Shown: piece by piece, positions 17,130-28,108 of the stretch
Position numbering within the stretch: position 1 is the first letter of the stretch
Layout: each line of letters starts with the position of its first letter
Source: Desulfocapsa sulfexigens DSM 10523
GTDB taxonomy: Bacteria > Desulfobacterota > Desulfobulbia > Desulfobulbales > Desulfocapsaceae
Reading direction: 5' to 3'
Length of the DNA: 32,000 nucleotides
NCBI RefSeq assembly: GCF_000341395.1
Contig: NC_020304.1
Span: 1,590,001 to 1,622,000 of the forward strand
Made by a program: the position numbers and the translations under genes
The notes under the pieces: generated by a model
The model's input: only the letters and a program-made list of their open reading frames with translations
Told to the model about the DNA's origin: nothing
The model's database searches: none

Positions 17130-18974
17130 TTAATCTATTAGTGCGTCTCTAACGGCTCGTCCAAGTTGCATCATTGAATAGGGCTTTTTAATAAATCCGC
17201 TAACTCCATGCCTGAAGGCTTCTTTAACATCCTCATTTTCCGAGAAGCCACTGGTAATGATGGCCTTCTGCTCAGGGTGTATCTGCCTGATCTTGTCAAA
17301 TGTTTGGCGGCCGTTCATGCCAGGTTCCATAAGCATATCGAGAACCAGAAGGTCAACCGTGTTCTTCTCACAAAAGGAGAGGGCCAACTCTCCTGAGGCG
17401 ACAGAAATAACTTTGTAACCAAGAGTTTCCAGCATCTGAGTTCCAATCTCCCGTAACTGTGGTTCGTCATCAACGAGCAGAACAGAACTTCCATTCCCTT
17501 TGATATCTTGCAGGGTGTCATCGTCGATTTTGGCATGTTTCTTCTCTGTGGTTAGAGGAAAGAACAGCTGAAAGCAGGTTCCCTCGTTAGTGCTTTCCAC
17601 TGATACTCCACCATCATGCTCTTTCATGGTATTCCAGACTACGGTCAGGCCAAGCCCGGTGCCACTCCTTCCCATGACTTTCCTGGTGTAAAATGGTTCA
17701 AAGATGCGTTCCAGGTCTTTGTCATCAATGCCGGGCCCGTTATCCTGTACGCTTAACACCCCATATTCACCGGGGTGAATATGATATCTGGTTGCGGTCT
17801 CGTTATCGATGGTTTTGTTTTCCGTAATGATACTGACCGTACCAGTCGCATCAACCGCTTCGCTTGCATTGGTTACCAGGTTCATGAGACATTTCTTAAC
17901 ATGTACAGAAGAGCAGAGAATGGGAGAATGAATGGCTGCGAGTTTTTGCTGATAGGTGATTTGCTGGTGCAATGATTGAAGCGTGTCAAACTCGGGAGAG
18001 CCGAGATACTCCTGGGTCAATGTGGTCAGATTGTGAACTGTTCTACTGGTGGCTACGCCACGGGCGACGGTGAGCAAGTCAGCGACTACAGCTGCAGCCC
18101 TTGAACCAGAGTCCTGAATGGCCTCAAGTGGTTTTCTCAGCTTGCTGTCTTTAGGTAAGTCGTAGAGTATCAACTCTGAATAGCCGGTAACTCCTGAGAG
18201 AATATTGTTGAGGTCGTGGGCCACTCCTCCGGCCATCAGGCCTATGGATTCCATCTTCCTGGCCTGGTGAAGTTTTTCTGCGATGTGTTTTTTTTCCAGG
18301 AAGTCCAGCTCGATCTGTTTTTGTTGGATTTTCTGTTTCCTGCTAAATCGGTTGTGAATCCCGATGGTCATCCACCAGATAAGGATGATAATGGACAGCA
18401 GAATAATGCTTGAGTTTAGGATAACCATGTTCAGGGTATTCTTTTTTGACAGAATTGAGGCATGGGCAGCACTTAATTCGAGCAAATGGACGTTTTTGTG
18501 AATGAGAAGAAGCGTATTAAGATCATCAATGGCGGGATGGACCACGTTCAATTCGTACTTTTGTAACCTTTTCATGTTCATTTCTGGGCCGGGCTGAGAA
18601 AAGAATTCAACGGCTTTGCTTAAAGTGTTGATTTTTACTAGTAATTCCTCTGCGGCTTTTTGTTCTTTCAAGCCGATATGTTTCTCATGGAGAAGATGAA
18701 TTTCTCCCTGTTCCCGCAGCAGGTGAGTTGCCGTCTGCAGGCGCTCGAGGGATTCGGGGTCCTTGTCTTTTGCGATAGCGCAATGGAGGGAGTAATGGCC
18801 TATGTCGGAGGCGTGATTGGCCATCTCGACCATGGCAATGGCCCCGGGTGTGATGTCTGAGATAATTTCCCGAAGAACCCCTTCCCCTTTTCTGGAGTGC
18901 CAAAAAAGGAAAATATTACTTATGATGATCAATCCGCAAATGACGATAAAACCAAGGTGGAGATTTTTTTTCAT
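17130..18974 (-). CDS. Hybrid sensor histidine kinase with C-terminal receiver domain
   Basis: Two N-terminal TM segments, HisKA (ESIGLMAGGVAHDLNNILSG), HATPase (NLVTNASEAVD, VQDNGPGIDD, GRSGTGLGLTVVW), REC (VLLVDDEPQLREI...DLLVLDMLMEPGMNG...ISGFSE...FIKKPY). Confidence 0.94.
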   Translation of the reverse strand: MKKNLHLGFIVICGLIIISNIFLFWHSRKGEGVLREIISDITPGAIAMVEMANHASDIGHYSLHCAIAKDKDPESLERLQTATHLLREQGEIHLLHEKHIGLKEQKAAEELLVKINTLSKAVEFFSQPGPEMNMKRLQKYELNVVHPAIDDLNTLLLIHKNVHLLELSAAHASILSKKNTLNMVILNSSIILLSIIILIWWMTIGIHNRFSRKQKIQQKQIELDFLEKKHIAEKLHQARKMESIGLMAGGVAHDLNNILSGVTGYSELILYDLPKDSKLRKPLEAIQDSGSRAAAVVADLLTVARGVATSRTVHNLTTLTQEYLGSPEFDTLQSLHQQITYQQKLAAIHSPILCSSVHVKKCLMNLVTNASEAVDATGTVSIITENKTIDNETATRYHIHPGEYGVLSVQDNGPGIDDKDLERIFEPFYTRKVMGRSGTGLGLTVVWNTMKEHDGGVSVESTNEGTCFQLFFPLTTEKKHAKIDDDTLQDIKGNGSSVLLVDDEPQLREIGTQMLETLGYKVISVASGELALSFCEKNTVDLLVLDMLMEPGMNGRQTFDKIRQIHPEQKAIITSGFSENEDVKEAFRHGVSGFIKKPYSMMQLGRAVRDALID

Positions 18975-19298
18975 CGATGCGCCATTGAATCAGGTTTTGA
19001 GAGTGAACATTATTGTCAGTACGTATTGTTTGACGTGTGAAGTGCTTATTTTCTCTGGGATGTAGGAGAGAGTGGGCTCAGTAAGCATATCTTCACCATT
19101 CAAGGATATCGCTTCTCTCACGGGAAATCCAGAGAATTATATTGAGGTGAACAGGGTAAGATGGTTCTGTTAAAAAGATACCTTTGTTTGACATAAGCGT
19201 GCTTTTGTGTCAGACCTTCTTTTTTTTATATGCAATCCGATCACTTGATGGTTTGTTGCTACAGTGCAGGGAGTTTTGTTAAAGGAGAATCGGGCAGG

Positions 19299-20345
19299 GT
19301 GGCGGAAAAAATTGAAAACACTTTTATGAAATTAAGCGAGCTGGGATTGGATCGCTGGTTCATCGATCAGGCAGGGGAGTTTTGTGAATCCGGGCAGCAG
19401 ATTGCTCGGGTAACGGTGGTTGACCGTGGCTGGTATACTGTGAGAAACGAAGATGGTGAAGTGCTTGCCAGGGCAACGGGGCGTTTCCTGCACTCCACCG
19501 AATCGACCTGCGATATGCCATGCGTCGGTGATTGGGTTTGTCTGCGTTATCAAGATGATGGAAGTGCTGCGACCATTCATGCGATGTTGCCAAGAAAATC
19601 CTTTCTGCAGCGGAAATTTGCTGGAAAAAGAGTTGAGTTGCAGATGATTGCAGCCAATGTTGATGCAGCCTTTATTGTTCAATCCTGCAATTATGATTTT
19701 AATGTGAGTAGACTTGAACGCTATCTGGTTATGGTGAATGAAGGTCGTGTCGAACCACTGCTCATTCTGAGTAAAACCGATCTGGTCAGTGCAGATGAAC
19801 TGGAAGAATTAATAGCTGAAATTCGTCGGGCGGGGATCAACACCAGAATTATTGCAATCAGTAATATAACCGGATCAGGTTTAGAGGAGATCAGGGAGGT
19901 TATGGATTGTGGCAGGACGTACTGTATCGTAGGCTCCTCAGGAGTAGGGAAATCCACCCTGATTAATCGGCTCACCGGGGACGACAGCTTGAAAACAGGA
20001 GCAGTTGGTGATTCGGGTGAAGGGCGACATACAACCGTGCGTCGCCAGCTTATTGTTCTTGAGCAGGGTGCAATGTTGATTGATACACCCGGAATGCGGG
20101 AAGTCGGACTTCTCGGGGTCAGCGAAGGAATGGATGATAACTTTGACGATATTCAGGAGTTGTCACTGAGTTGTCGTTTCTCCAATTGCAGCCACACAAG
20201 TGAACCGGGATGTGCCGTTGTGAAGGCAATAGAAGAGGGGGATTTACAGGAGGAGCACTTTCAGAACTATTTGAAGTTGAAGATGGAATCGGACTGTAAT
20301 GCGCTCTCGTACGCCGGTAAGCGGAAAAAGAAAAAGACTTTGTAG
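19299..20345 (+). CDS. rsgA: Ribosome small-subunit-dependent GTPase RsgA
   Basis: Circularly permuted GTPase: LSKTDLV (G4), GSSGVGKSTLINRL (G1), DTPGMRE (G3), C-terminal zinc motif CRFSNCSHTSEPGCAV. The GTG at 19299 has AAAGGAG at 19281-19287, so it is preferred over the track start at 19230. Confidence 0.92.
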   Translation: MAEKIENTFMKLSELGLDRWFIDQAGEFCESGQQIARVTVVDRGWYTVRNEDGEVLARATGRFLHSTESTCDMPCVGDWVCLRYQDDGSAATIHAMLPRKSFLQRKFAGKRVELQMIAANVDAAFIVQSCNYDFNVSRLERYLVMVNEGRVEPLLILSKTDLVSADELEELIAEIRRAGINTRIIAISNITGSGLEEIREVMDCGRTYCIVGSSGVGKSTLINRLTGDDSLKTGAVGDSGEGRHTTVRRQLIVLEQGAMLIDTPGMREVGLLGVSEGMDDNFDDIQELSLSCRFSNCSHTSEPGCAVVKAIEEGDLQEEHFQNYLKLKMESDCNALSYAGKRKKKKTL

Positions 20346-20490
20346 CCTCAAAGTAGCACCTGGTCTTTACAACAAGAACATGTACAGGCTCTGTCGTATT
20401 CGTATACAGAGTAGTCAGGGGGCTGAATCTCCCACGACAGAGTTGCGCTGCTGTGGAAGAGTCAGCCGGCTGGAAGCGCCGGGTAATGAA

Positions 20491-20811
20491 TTATTGTTCA
20501 TCCAATATTTCATCTACCCAGGAAAGAGCTGCAGCGACCTTGGGAAAACCGATGGTTGAAATGAGGAGGAGAAGGGTATGCTGCAGTTCTTCTTCGCTTG
20601 CTCCAGCATGCAGTGCCCGTCTGGCATGAGAGTTGACGGACCCTATTGATCCCAGGGAAGCGGCAACGCCAAGTTGGATAAGCTCTGAGGTCTTGTTGTC
20701 CAAGGGGCCGGCTTTACGGACTGTGGAACCAAGATTCTGCACAGCATCCAGAACTTTTGGAAAACGTTTTTGCAGACGACGGTAATGTTTTGGACCTCTT
20801 TTTTTAGACAT
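20491..20811 (-). CDS. Carboxymuconolactone decarboxylase (AhpD/CMD-fold) family protein lacking the usual Cys pair
   Basis: KTSELIQLGVAASLGSIGSVNSHARRALHAGASEEELQHTLLLLISTIGFPKVAAAL. ATG at 20811 chosen over the track start, which runs into ftsH. Confidence 0.8.
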   Translation of the reverse strand: MSKKRGPKHYRRLQKRFPKVLDAVQNLGSTVRKAGPLDNKTSELIQLGVAASLGSIGSVNSHARRALHAGASEEELQHTLLLLISTIGFPKVAAALSWVDEILDEQ

Positions 20812-20887
20812 GATGCATCTCCTTTGAATGATGGTTATGGACAGGGGAATATCCCCGGTTTGATTTTGAACTTTTCTGTTATTTCTG

Positions 20888-22720
20888 TTATTTCTGTTTT
20901 GAAAGATTTTCCTCTTTTTCCAATAGTTCTTCGAGGAAGCTTCCGTCAATCTTTTCCTTTTGGAGCAACTCCATGGCGGCTTTTTCCAGCACGGCTCTTT
21001 TTGCAGCAAGAAGGGTCAGTGCTATTTCATATTGTTGGTCAATAATGTTGCGTACTTCTCCGTCAATCAGTCGAGCAGTGTCATCACTGTATTCTCCTCT
21101 GCTGTTCCGACTGAGGTCGGGGCCAAGAAACATTCCCTGGGGTTCACCTTTGTAGTAGACCTGTCCAGTGTTTTCACTCATACCATATTCTTTCACCATG
21201 CTGCGGGCAATATCAGTCGCTTTGGCCAGGTCATTATGGGCACCAGTGGAAATATCGTTAAAAATCATTTCTTCAGCTGCCCGGCCTCCCAGCAGTATGG
21301 CAATTTTCCCCAGCAGTTCTGTTTTTGTCATCAGAAAGCGGTCTTCCGTTGGAACCTGCATGGTGTATCCAAGGGCGGCAATACCACGAGGAACGATGGT
21401 GATTTTTTTTACCGGATCGCTTCCCGGGATTGACAGGGCCACCAGGGCATGGCCCAGCTCATGGTAGGCGACAATTTTTCGCTCGTTGGGGTTAATGAGG
21501 CGATTCTTTTTTTCAAGACCCGCAGTGATTCGCTCGATGGCTTCCTCAAACTGTTCTTTTTCGACAGTGCTCTTCCTGGCTCGGACTGCAAGCAAGGTAG
21601 CCTCATTTACGAGATTTGCAAGATCCGACCCGACCATTCCAGGGGTCATGGATGCGAGCTCCTCAATATCTATTATCCCAAGTTTTTTGACTTTTTTGAG
21701 GTGCACATTCAGTATTGCCATGCGCCCCTGTTTGTCTGGCCTGTCAACGAGAACCTGACGGTCAAAACGTCCAGGTCGCAGCAGAGCAGGGTCGAGAACC
21801 TCCGGGCGATTGGTTGCAGCCATAAGAATCACTCCGATGTTGGGATCAAAGCCATCCATCTCGACGAGAAGTTGATTCAGCGTCTGTTCTCTTTCATCGT
21901 GGCCAGAAATGCCACTAAAACCCCGTGCCTTCCCCAGTGCATCAAGCTCGTCAATAAAAATGATGCAGGGTGCATTCGCATTGGCCTGATCAAAAAGATC
22001 TCTAACCCTGGCGGCCCCCATGCCGACAAAGAGCTCAACAAACTCGGAGCCGCTTATGCTGAAAAAAGGTACATGACTTTCTCCGGCCACAGCCTTGGCA
22101 AGCAGGGTTTTTCCGGTACCCGGCGGGCCAACCAGGAGCAGTCCCTTGGGGAGTGAACCGCCGTACTCGAGATACTTTTCAGGATTCTTGAGAAAGTCTA
22201 TTATGTCAAGTAGCTCTGCTACTGCTTCATCAACACCGGCAACATCGTCGAAGCTGATACCGATATCATCCTGCTTATGCACCTTGGCTTTGTTTTTTCC
22301 AAGAGTCATAAAGCCAGGTTGTTGGGCTGTTAAGCGCTTGATAAGAAAAAACCAGATTCCCACAAAGAGAAGAACAGGTATGGTCCATGACAGTATGTCT
22401 CGCAAAAGTGTGGATTCGATGGTGGCGGAATACTTCACATTATATTTGTCCAGGAGTTCGGAGGTCTCAGGGTCAACTCGAACTGTTCGAAAATATGTTT
22501 CTTTGTCGGAATCACTTTCGGGTTTTAACAGGCCTTGAATCTGATTTGTCGTGATCGAGACCTCTGCAATCTGATCATTTTTGAGTGCCTGAACAAATTG
22601 GCTGTAGGGGATTGTCTGGACACGATGCACAGAAGCCAGATAATCCTGAAGAAGCAGCACGATCCAGACACCGATAACAAAGTACCAGATAGATATTTTA
22701 TGATGCTGTTCTATTTTCAT
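20888..22720 (-). CDS. ftsH: ATP-dependent zinc metalloprotease FtsH
   Basis: N-terminal TMs, Walker [21 protein letters not shown] region [22 protein letters not shown], zinc motif HELGH, C-terminal [21 protein letters not shown]. Confidence 0.96.
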   Translation of the reverse strand: MKIEQHHKISIWYFVIGVWIVLLLQDYLASVHRVQTIPYSQFVQALKNDQIAEVSITTNQIQGLLKPESDSDKETYFRTVRVDPETSELLDKYNVKYSATIESTLLRDILSWTIPVLLFVGIWFFLIKRLTAQQPGFMTLGKNKAKVHKQDDIGISFDDVAGVDEAVAELLDIIDFLKNPEKYLEYGGSLPKGLLLVGPPGTGKTLLAKAVAGESHVPFFSISGSEFVELFVGMGAARVRDLFDQANANAPCIIFIDELDALGKARGFSGISGHDEREQTLNQLLVEMDGFDPNIGVILMAATNRPEVLDPALLRPGRFDRQVLVDRPDKQGRMAILNVHLKKVKKLGIIDIEELASMTPGMVGSDLANLVNEATLLAVRARKSTVEKEQFEEAIERITAGLEKKNRLINPNERKIVAYHELGHALVALSIPGSDPVKKITIVPRGIAALGYTMQVPTEDRFLMTKTELLGKIAILLGGRAAEEMIFNDISTGAHNDLAKATDIARSMVKEYGMSENTGQVYYKGEPQGMFLGPDLSRNSRGEYSDDTARLIDGEVRNIIDQQYEIALTLLAAKRAVLEKAAMELLQKEKIDGSFLEELLEKEENLSKQK

Positions 22721-22917
22721 TGTTCACCTTTTGATGGTTTTCCTGTGATGTCCTGGGTGAGCATAAAAGGCAGTCTCCGATGGCTCAATACTATTCTATC
22801 ACATAGTCGAGGGAAGCAGGAAGGATTCCAGCTGAATATTATGAAAATAAAGGTTTTCCAATGGGATAAGGGGAACAGAATTTGCGGTAGAGATTCATTA
22901 GCGCTTTGTGAGTTCCC

Positions 22918-22947
22918 TTGACAAGGATGTTGAGCGACTGATACTAT
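22918..22947 (+). promoter_or_regulatory. Candidate sigma-70 promoter upstream of tatT
   Basis: TTGACA at 22918-22923, 18-nt spacer, then TG-A-TACTAT extended -10 at 22942-22947. Confidence 0.4.
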
Positions 22948-22953
22948 TCATAC

Positions 22954-23811
22954 ATGAAGATACAGATTGTACGGCTACCTCTTTTGTTTCTTGTACTGCA
23001 GATCCTGAGTGGTTGTGCCGGGATGATTGCAGATTCATTTATGCGCCCTGCGATAACAAATTTGCAGCAGCAGACAGATATTGAACTTGTCTGTGAAGGA
23101 ACTCCAGCGATTCTGCTGATGATCGACTCCATGGTTGCTTCTGATCCGGAGAACAAGGATCTGCTGATGACGGCAACTAAGGCCTTCAGTGGTTATGCCG
23201 CGGCACTGGATGCGTGCAACAAGCCGCATCGGGCAGCCATGGTCAGTGTCAAGGCCAGACGATACGGTCTGTCCCTGTTGTGGCCGAATAGTGATCTTCA
23301 TATACTTGCAACGCTCCCCCTGCCTGATTTACAGAAACGTCTGGCGGGTTTGAGTGACAGTGATGTCGATTCTTTGTTTTGGGCTGGTAACGGCTGGGGA
23401 ACCTGGATCTTACATCAGCAGGGAACGCCTGCATCCCTGGCACAGCTGATCCGGGTTGAACAGATAATGCTGCGTGTTCTCGAGTTGGATGAGAGGTATT
23501 ATTACGGTGCCGCCCACCTCTTCCTTGGCGCCTATTACGGTTCTAAACCGCCACTTTTGGGCGGCGACTTTGAGAAAAGCCGTCATCATTTCGAACGGGC
23601 TCTTGGCTTCAGCAATAGAGAATATCTTCCGGGGCTTGTCTTGTATGCTGAGACCTATGCGCGGATGTCTTTTGATCGTGAACTGTTCAGCAGTCTCCTC
23701 CAGGAGGTTCTTGATTTTCCGCTTGAGAGCAGGCCGGACCTGGGCCTTGCCAATCAACTTGCCAAACTGAAAGCACGTGAACTGCTTGGTGGAGTAGAAG
23801 AGTATTTTTAG
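22954..23811 (+). CDS. TRAP transporter TatT-family lipoprotein
   Basis: Lipobox LQILSGC; MVASDPENKDLLMTATKAFSGYAAA; YYGAAHLFLGAYYGSKPPLLGGDFEKSRHHFERAL. Located directly before TRAP P/Q/M genes. Confidence 0.88.
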   Translation: MKIQIVRLPLLFLVLQILSGCAGMIADSFMRPAITNLQQQTDIELVCEGTPAILLMIDSMVASDPENKDLLMTATKAFSGYAAALDACNKPHRAAMVSVKARRYGLSLLWPNSDLHILATLPLPDLQKRLAGLSDSDVDSLFWAGNGWGTWILHQQGTPASLAQLIRVEQIMLRVLELDERYYYGAAHLFLGAYYGSKPPLLGGDFEKSRHHFERALGFSNREYLPGLVLYAETYARMSFDRELFSSLLQEVLDFPLESRPDLGLANQLAKLKARELLGGVEEYF

Positions 23812-23856
23812 TATGTTAAAAAACCAACTCCGAGTCATTCGAGCCAGGAGAGTTAT

Positions 23857-24879
23857 ATGTATCAACTGAAACGAGCTATCCAGATTCTGATCCCTTTCTT
23901 AATGGCATTATGCTTTTGTACTCAGCTGCAGGCCAGCACGAAATATCTCTTCAAAGTTGCAAGCATTGCCCCGGAGGGTAGTATCTGGACAAAACGCTTC
24001 CGCGATTTTGCCGCAGAAGTGAACGAGCAAAGCAACGGGGAGGTGGCGTTTAAGGTATACTCGGGCGGGATCATGGGAGATGATCAGGCGATGTATCGTA
24101 AGCTACGGGTTGGACAGCTCAATGGTGGTGGCTTCACCATGACCGGTATTGGTAATGTGGTGCCGGATTACCGAATCATGGGGGTACCCTTTTTTTTTCG
24201 ATCCTATGAGGAGGTTGATTATGTGCAACAGGGACTTATGCCTCTTTTTCAGAAGGCCTTTAATAAAGAAGCTCTGGAACTTATTGCCATGACCGAAGTG
24301 GGCTTTGTCTACTCCATGTCCACCACACCTGTCTCCACTCTCAGTGGGCTGAAAAAGAGTAAGGTATGGGCTCCGGAAGATGATCCCGTGAGTGCGACCT
24401 TTCTTCAAACTTTGGATATTACGCCACTGCCATTGAGTATTCCCGATGTCCTCACATCCCTGCAGACAGGAATGGTGGAGACGGTATTTAACTCTCTGTA
24501 TGGAAATATTGTTCTGCAATGGTTCACCAAAACGAAATATATATCGGATATTCCCTTTGGCTATGCCTATGGTGCCATCCTGCTGGATCGCAAAAAATTT
24601 TCCCGTCTTCCGGAGTCGTACCAGGTAATGATACGAGAGACAGCGGGGAAACATTTTGGAATGCTCATCGCTGACACCCGTAAAAGTAACCTGGAATCAA
24701 GACAGGTACTGGTGGATAATGGCGTTGCTTTTATTCCTCCTGAGCCTGCAGATGTACTTGTCCTTAATGACAAACATGATGAAACTGTCCGTCGATTGCA
24801 GGGTACTGCTTTCAGTGAAGAGATTTATCAGGCGGCTGTGAAACTACTTAATGAGTATCGAAACCGACAAGATAAATAA
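23857..24879 (+). CDS. TRAP transporter substrate-binding protein (DctP family)
   Basis: Signal peptide, KVASIAPEGSIWTKRFRDFAAEVNEQSNGEVAFKVYSGGIMGDD, and EVGFVYSMSTTPVSTLSGLKKSKVWAPEDD. Confidence 0.94.
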   Translation: MYQLKRAIQILIPFLMALCFCTQLQASTKYLFKVASIAPEGSIWTKRFRDFAAEVNEQSNGEVAFKVYSGGIMGDDQAMYRKLRVGQLNGGGFTMTGIGNVVPDYRIMGVPFFFRSYEEVDYVQQGLMPLFQKAFNKEALELIAMTEVGFVYSMSTTPVSTLSGLKKSKVWAPEDDPVSATFLQTLDITPLPLSIPDVLTSLQTGMVETVFNSLYGNIVLQWFTKTKYISDIPFGYAYGAILLDRKKFSRLPESYQVMIRETAGKHFGMLIADTRKSNLESRQVLVDNGVAFIPPEPADVLVLNDKHDETVRRLQGTAFSEEIYQAAVKLLNEYRNRQDK

Positions 24880-24914
24880 GTGACAGAGAGTACCTAACCG
24901 GACGTGGGGGATGT

Positions 24915-25439
24915 ATGGACATCAGGCAGGTTGCACGTCAGATCGGGGTTTTTGAAAAACGACTTGTGGACGGTCTGCTCTGTATCCTCCTGCTGGCGAT
25001 GATTTTTCTTGCTTGTCTGCAGATTGGTCTGCGGACATTTTTTTCGAGCGGTCTGCTCTGGGCTGACCCACTGCTGCGTTATCTGGTTATATGGTGTGGC
25101 ATGTTCGGGGCGGTTGTGGCGACCAGAGAGAAAAAACATATTGCCATTGATGTACTAGGCTACCTGGCGGCCGAGCGTATTAAACCCTGGATAGGACTCC
25201 TGATAGATTTTTTTTCATCTCTTGTTGCGGCTGCTCTTACCTGGGCGGCCATTCTTTTTGTTCGTAATGAGTTTTCTTTTGGCAGTATCCCCCTTTTGAG
25301 TATTCCTTCCTGGGGCTGGGCCCTGGTCTTTCCCTTGGGGTTTGGTCTGATTACCCTGCATTTCCTTGCGGCAATAAGCGCAGATATAAAAACACTTGTC
25401 TCTTCTCAACGGAAAACTGAGCCAGGGAGAGAAAAGTGA
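24915..25439 (+). CDS. TRAP transporter small permease (DctQ family)
   Basis: Four TM segments with PLLRYLVIWCGMFGAVVATREKKHIAIDVLG, a DctQ hallmark. Overlaps the DctM gene. Confidence 0.94.
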   Translation: MDIRQVARQIGVFEKRLVDGLLCILLLAMIFLACLQIGLRTFFSSGLLWADPLLRYLVIWCGMFGAVVATREKKHIAIDVLGYLAAERIKPWIGLLIDFFSSLVAAALTWAAILFVRNEFSFGSIPLLSIPSWGWALVFPLGFGLITLHFLAAISADIKTLVSSQRKTEPGREK

Positions 25440-26701
25440 ATATTTTAAAAGGAGTCATTCTAGGTCTGGCCCTTCTTGGCAGCCCCTTGTTTATAGTTAT
25501 CTCTGCCGTGGCCCTGCTGTCTTTTTACAGTGTGGATATTGATATCTCGGTTGTAATCATCGAGATGTCACGTCTGATCGATACGCCACTCTTGCTTGCT
25601 CTGCCTCTCTTTATTTTTGCGGGCACCATTTTGTCCGATAGTGGAACTCCAAAGCGTCTCCTCGGTCTGTCCAATGTATTGCTGGGGTGGCTTCCTGGCG
25701 GGCTTGCTCTGATTGCACTTATAGTCTGCGCGGTATTCACCGCATTTACCGGTGCCTCGGGAGTGACCATTTTTGCTCTTGGCGGGCTGCTCCTTCCGGC
25801 ACTTCTCAAGGATGGTTATACAGAAAAATTTTCTCTTGGCCTTATTACCTCATCGGGTAGTCTGGGATTACTGTTCCCGCCAAGTTTACCCCTTATCCTC
25901 TATGGGGTTATCGCCGAGGTACGGATAGATCATCTCTTTCTTGCAGGTATCCTGCCGGGTATCCTGATGCTGCTTTTGCTGGTTGCCTATTCCGTCTACA
26001 GAAGTCCGTCCAGAAAGGTGCAGGAAAGACAGATTAATGGTAAGCAGATACTTGCAGCCCTCAGGGAGACAGTATGGGAACTGCCTCTGCCTTTTATAGT
26101 CCTTGGAGGGATTTATGGCGGTTTTCTGGTGGCAGGCGAGGCTGCTGCTATAACCGCTCTGTATGTATTGGTGGTTGAGGTGTTTATCTATCGAGACATA
26201 AAACTGCAGCAGTTACCCGGAATCATGGTGAAGTCCATGATGCTTTTCGGTGGTATTCTGGTTATTCTTGCAGCCTCCATGGCTACAACCAATTTTCTGG
26301 TGGATCAGGAGGTGCCCATGCGCCTCTTCGAATTTATCCGCAACTATATCTCCAGCAAGTACACATTTCTCCTGCTGCTGAACATCTTTCTCCTTGTTGT
26401 CGGCTCCATGCTGGATATTTTTTCAGCGTTGGTCCTTATTGTGCCGCTTATTGTTCCGATTGCCAGAGGCTATGAAGTCAATCTGATTCATCTCGGCATA
26501 ATTTTTCTCACCAACCTCCAGATCGGCTACTGTACACCGCCAGTGGGACTCAATCTTTTTCTGGCCAGTTACCGCTTTGAACGACCTGTGATCCAGCTCT
26601 ACAGTGCCACCTTGCCATTTCTGGCACTGTTGATGCTTACTCTGGTTATTATTACGTATTTCCCCCTGTTAAGTCTTTTTCTTGTCCAGTTGTTGGGATG
26701 A
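25436..26701 (+). CDS. TRAP transporter large permease (DctM family)
   Basis: PLFIFAGTILSDSGTPKRLLGLSNVLLGWLPGGLALIALIVCAVFTAFTGASGVTI and LGIIFLTNLQIGYCTPPVGLNLFLAS. Confidence 0.96.
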   Translation: MNILKGVILGLALLGSPLFIVISAVALLSFYSVDIDISVVIIEMSRLIDTPLLLALPLFIFAGTILSDSGTPKRLLGLSNVLLGWLPGGLALIALIVCAVFTAFTGASGVTIFALGGLLLPALLKDGYTEKFSLGLITSSGSLGLLFPPSLPLILYGVIAEVRIDHLFLAGILPGILMLLLLVAYSVYRSPSRKVQERQINGKQILAALRETVWELPLPFIVLGGIYGGFLVAGEAAAITALYVLVVEVFIYRDIKLQQLPGIMVKSMMLFGGILVILAASMATTNFLVDQEVPMRLFEFIRNYISSKYTFLLLLNIFLLVVGSMLDIFSALVLIVPLIVPIARGYEVNLIHLGIIFLTNLQIGYCTPPVGLNLFLASYRFERPVIQLYSATLPFLALLMLTLVIITYFPLLSLFLVQLLG

Positions 26702-28107
26702 GTGGCAGGGAAAAAGGAGGAGTAATGGCAAGTAAACATGGTGTGCACGCTGGTTTCCTTTCGGCCCTGACTCTTCTCTTTACCTTTTTAATTTTACATT
26801 CTGAAAATGGATGGGCCCAACCTGGAGCTTCTTCCGCTTTTATTCTTGAGGTCAGGGGAGCAATCGGACCGGGGGTAAGTGATTTTGTGAGACGCGGTCT
26901 TGAAAAAGCTGATAGAGAAAAAGCCGAAATCGTTATCCTGAAGCTTGATACCCCGGGAGGACTCGATATGGCCATGCGGGAGATTGTCAAGGATGTCCTG
27001 GCCTCTCCTGTCCCGGTGGTGAGCTATGTTGCTCCAGAAGGAGCACGGGCTGCAAGTGCTGGAACCTATATCCTCTATGCAAGCCATGTGGCAGCCATGG
27101 CTCCGGCCACAAACCTTGGTGCTGCTACTCCGGTGACCATAGCAGGGATGCCGGATATGGAAGGGAAAGGGGAGCAGCAGGATGATGGTACGGGAGGGGA
27201 GAAGAACCTGCAGGGCTCGCAAAATGCCATGAAGAACAAGATGGTCAATGACGCTGAGGCCTATATAGTATCCCTCGCAGAAAAACATGGAAGAAACAGG
27301 GAATGGGCGGCAAAAGCGGTGCGGGAGGCTGTGAGTCTAGGTTCAGCAGAGGCTTTACGTCTGGGGGTCGTCGATTTTGTGGCAGACAATATCGATGATC
27401 TTCTGGCCCAGATTGATGGAAAGGAGGTGATACTCGCCACAGGAAGCAGGCAACTGGATACAAGTGATCTTCGTCTGGTGCATATGGAAAAAGACTGGCG
27501 TACCAGGTTGCTTATGGTGATAGGTGATCCTAATATCGCCTATATGCTGATGCTTCTCGGTATGTATGGCCTTTTCTTTGAACTGGCCAATCCCGGTTCT
27601 GTTCTGCCGGGTGTACTGGGTGGTACTGCTTTGCTCCTTGCCCTCTACGCCTTTCAGATGCTCCCGGTGAATTATGCAGGACTTGCACTTATTGTCCTCG
27701 GGCTCTCCTTTATGGTGGCAGAAGCTTTTACCCCCAGTTTTGGAGTTCTGGGGCTGGGAGGACTGGCAGCATTTGTGTTTGGATCCATCATTCTGATGGA
27801 CGAAAAAAGCCTGCAGATATCTCTTGTTCTTATCGGCAGTACCGGGCTGTTCTCATTCGTCTGTATCCTCTGGATTCTCGGCGCTCTGTTGTCAATAAGA
27901 CGTAAAAGGGTGATCACGGGTGAGGAGCAGATGCTCGACAGCATCGGTGTGGCCATGGACGATTTTACAGAAGACGGACGGGTCTGGATCCTTGGGGAAT
28001 CATGGCAGGCCAACAGTACAGCTCCCCTGAAAAAGGGGGAAAAAGTCAAAGTTCTCAGGCAGGATGGCTTGTGTCTTTCCGTTACACCTTTACAGGAGGT
28101 AGAATGA
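26698..28107 (+). CDS. NfeD-family membrane-bound serine protease (ClpP-class, NfeD1b-like)
   Basis: [92 protein letters not shown], then TM segments and a C-terminal OB-like NfeD domain. The start may be the internal ATG at 26725. Confidence 0.93.
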   Translation: MSGREKGGVMASKHGVHAGFLSALTLLFTFLILHSENGWAQPGASSAFILEVRGAIGPGVSDFVRRGLEKADREKAEIVILKLDTPGGLDMAMREIVKDVLASPVPVVSYVAPEGARAASAGTYILYASHVAAMAPATNLGAATPVTIAGMPDMEGKGEQQDDGTGGEKNLQGSQNAMKNKMVNDAEAYIVSLAEKHGRNREWAAKAVREAVSLGSAEALRLGVVDFVADNIDDLLAQIDGKEVILATGSRQLDTSDLRLVHMEKDWRTRLLMVIGDPNIAYMLMLLGMYGLFFELANPGSVLPGVLGGTALLLALYAFQMLPVNYAGLALIVLGLSFMVAEAFTPSFGVLGLGGLAAFVFGSIILMDEKSLQISLVLIGSTGLFSFVCILWILGALLSIRRKRVITGEEQMLDSIGVAMDDFTEDGRVWILGESWQANSTAPLKKGEKVKVLRQDGLCLSVTPLQEVE

Positions 28108-28108
28108 T

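Noticed and set aside
20960-22538. Many plus-strand ORFs across ftsH
   Set aside because: Antisense to a highly conserved gene; compositional shadow ORFs.
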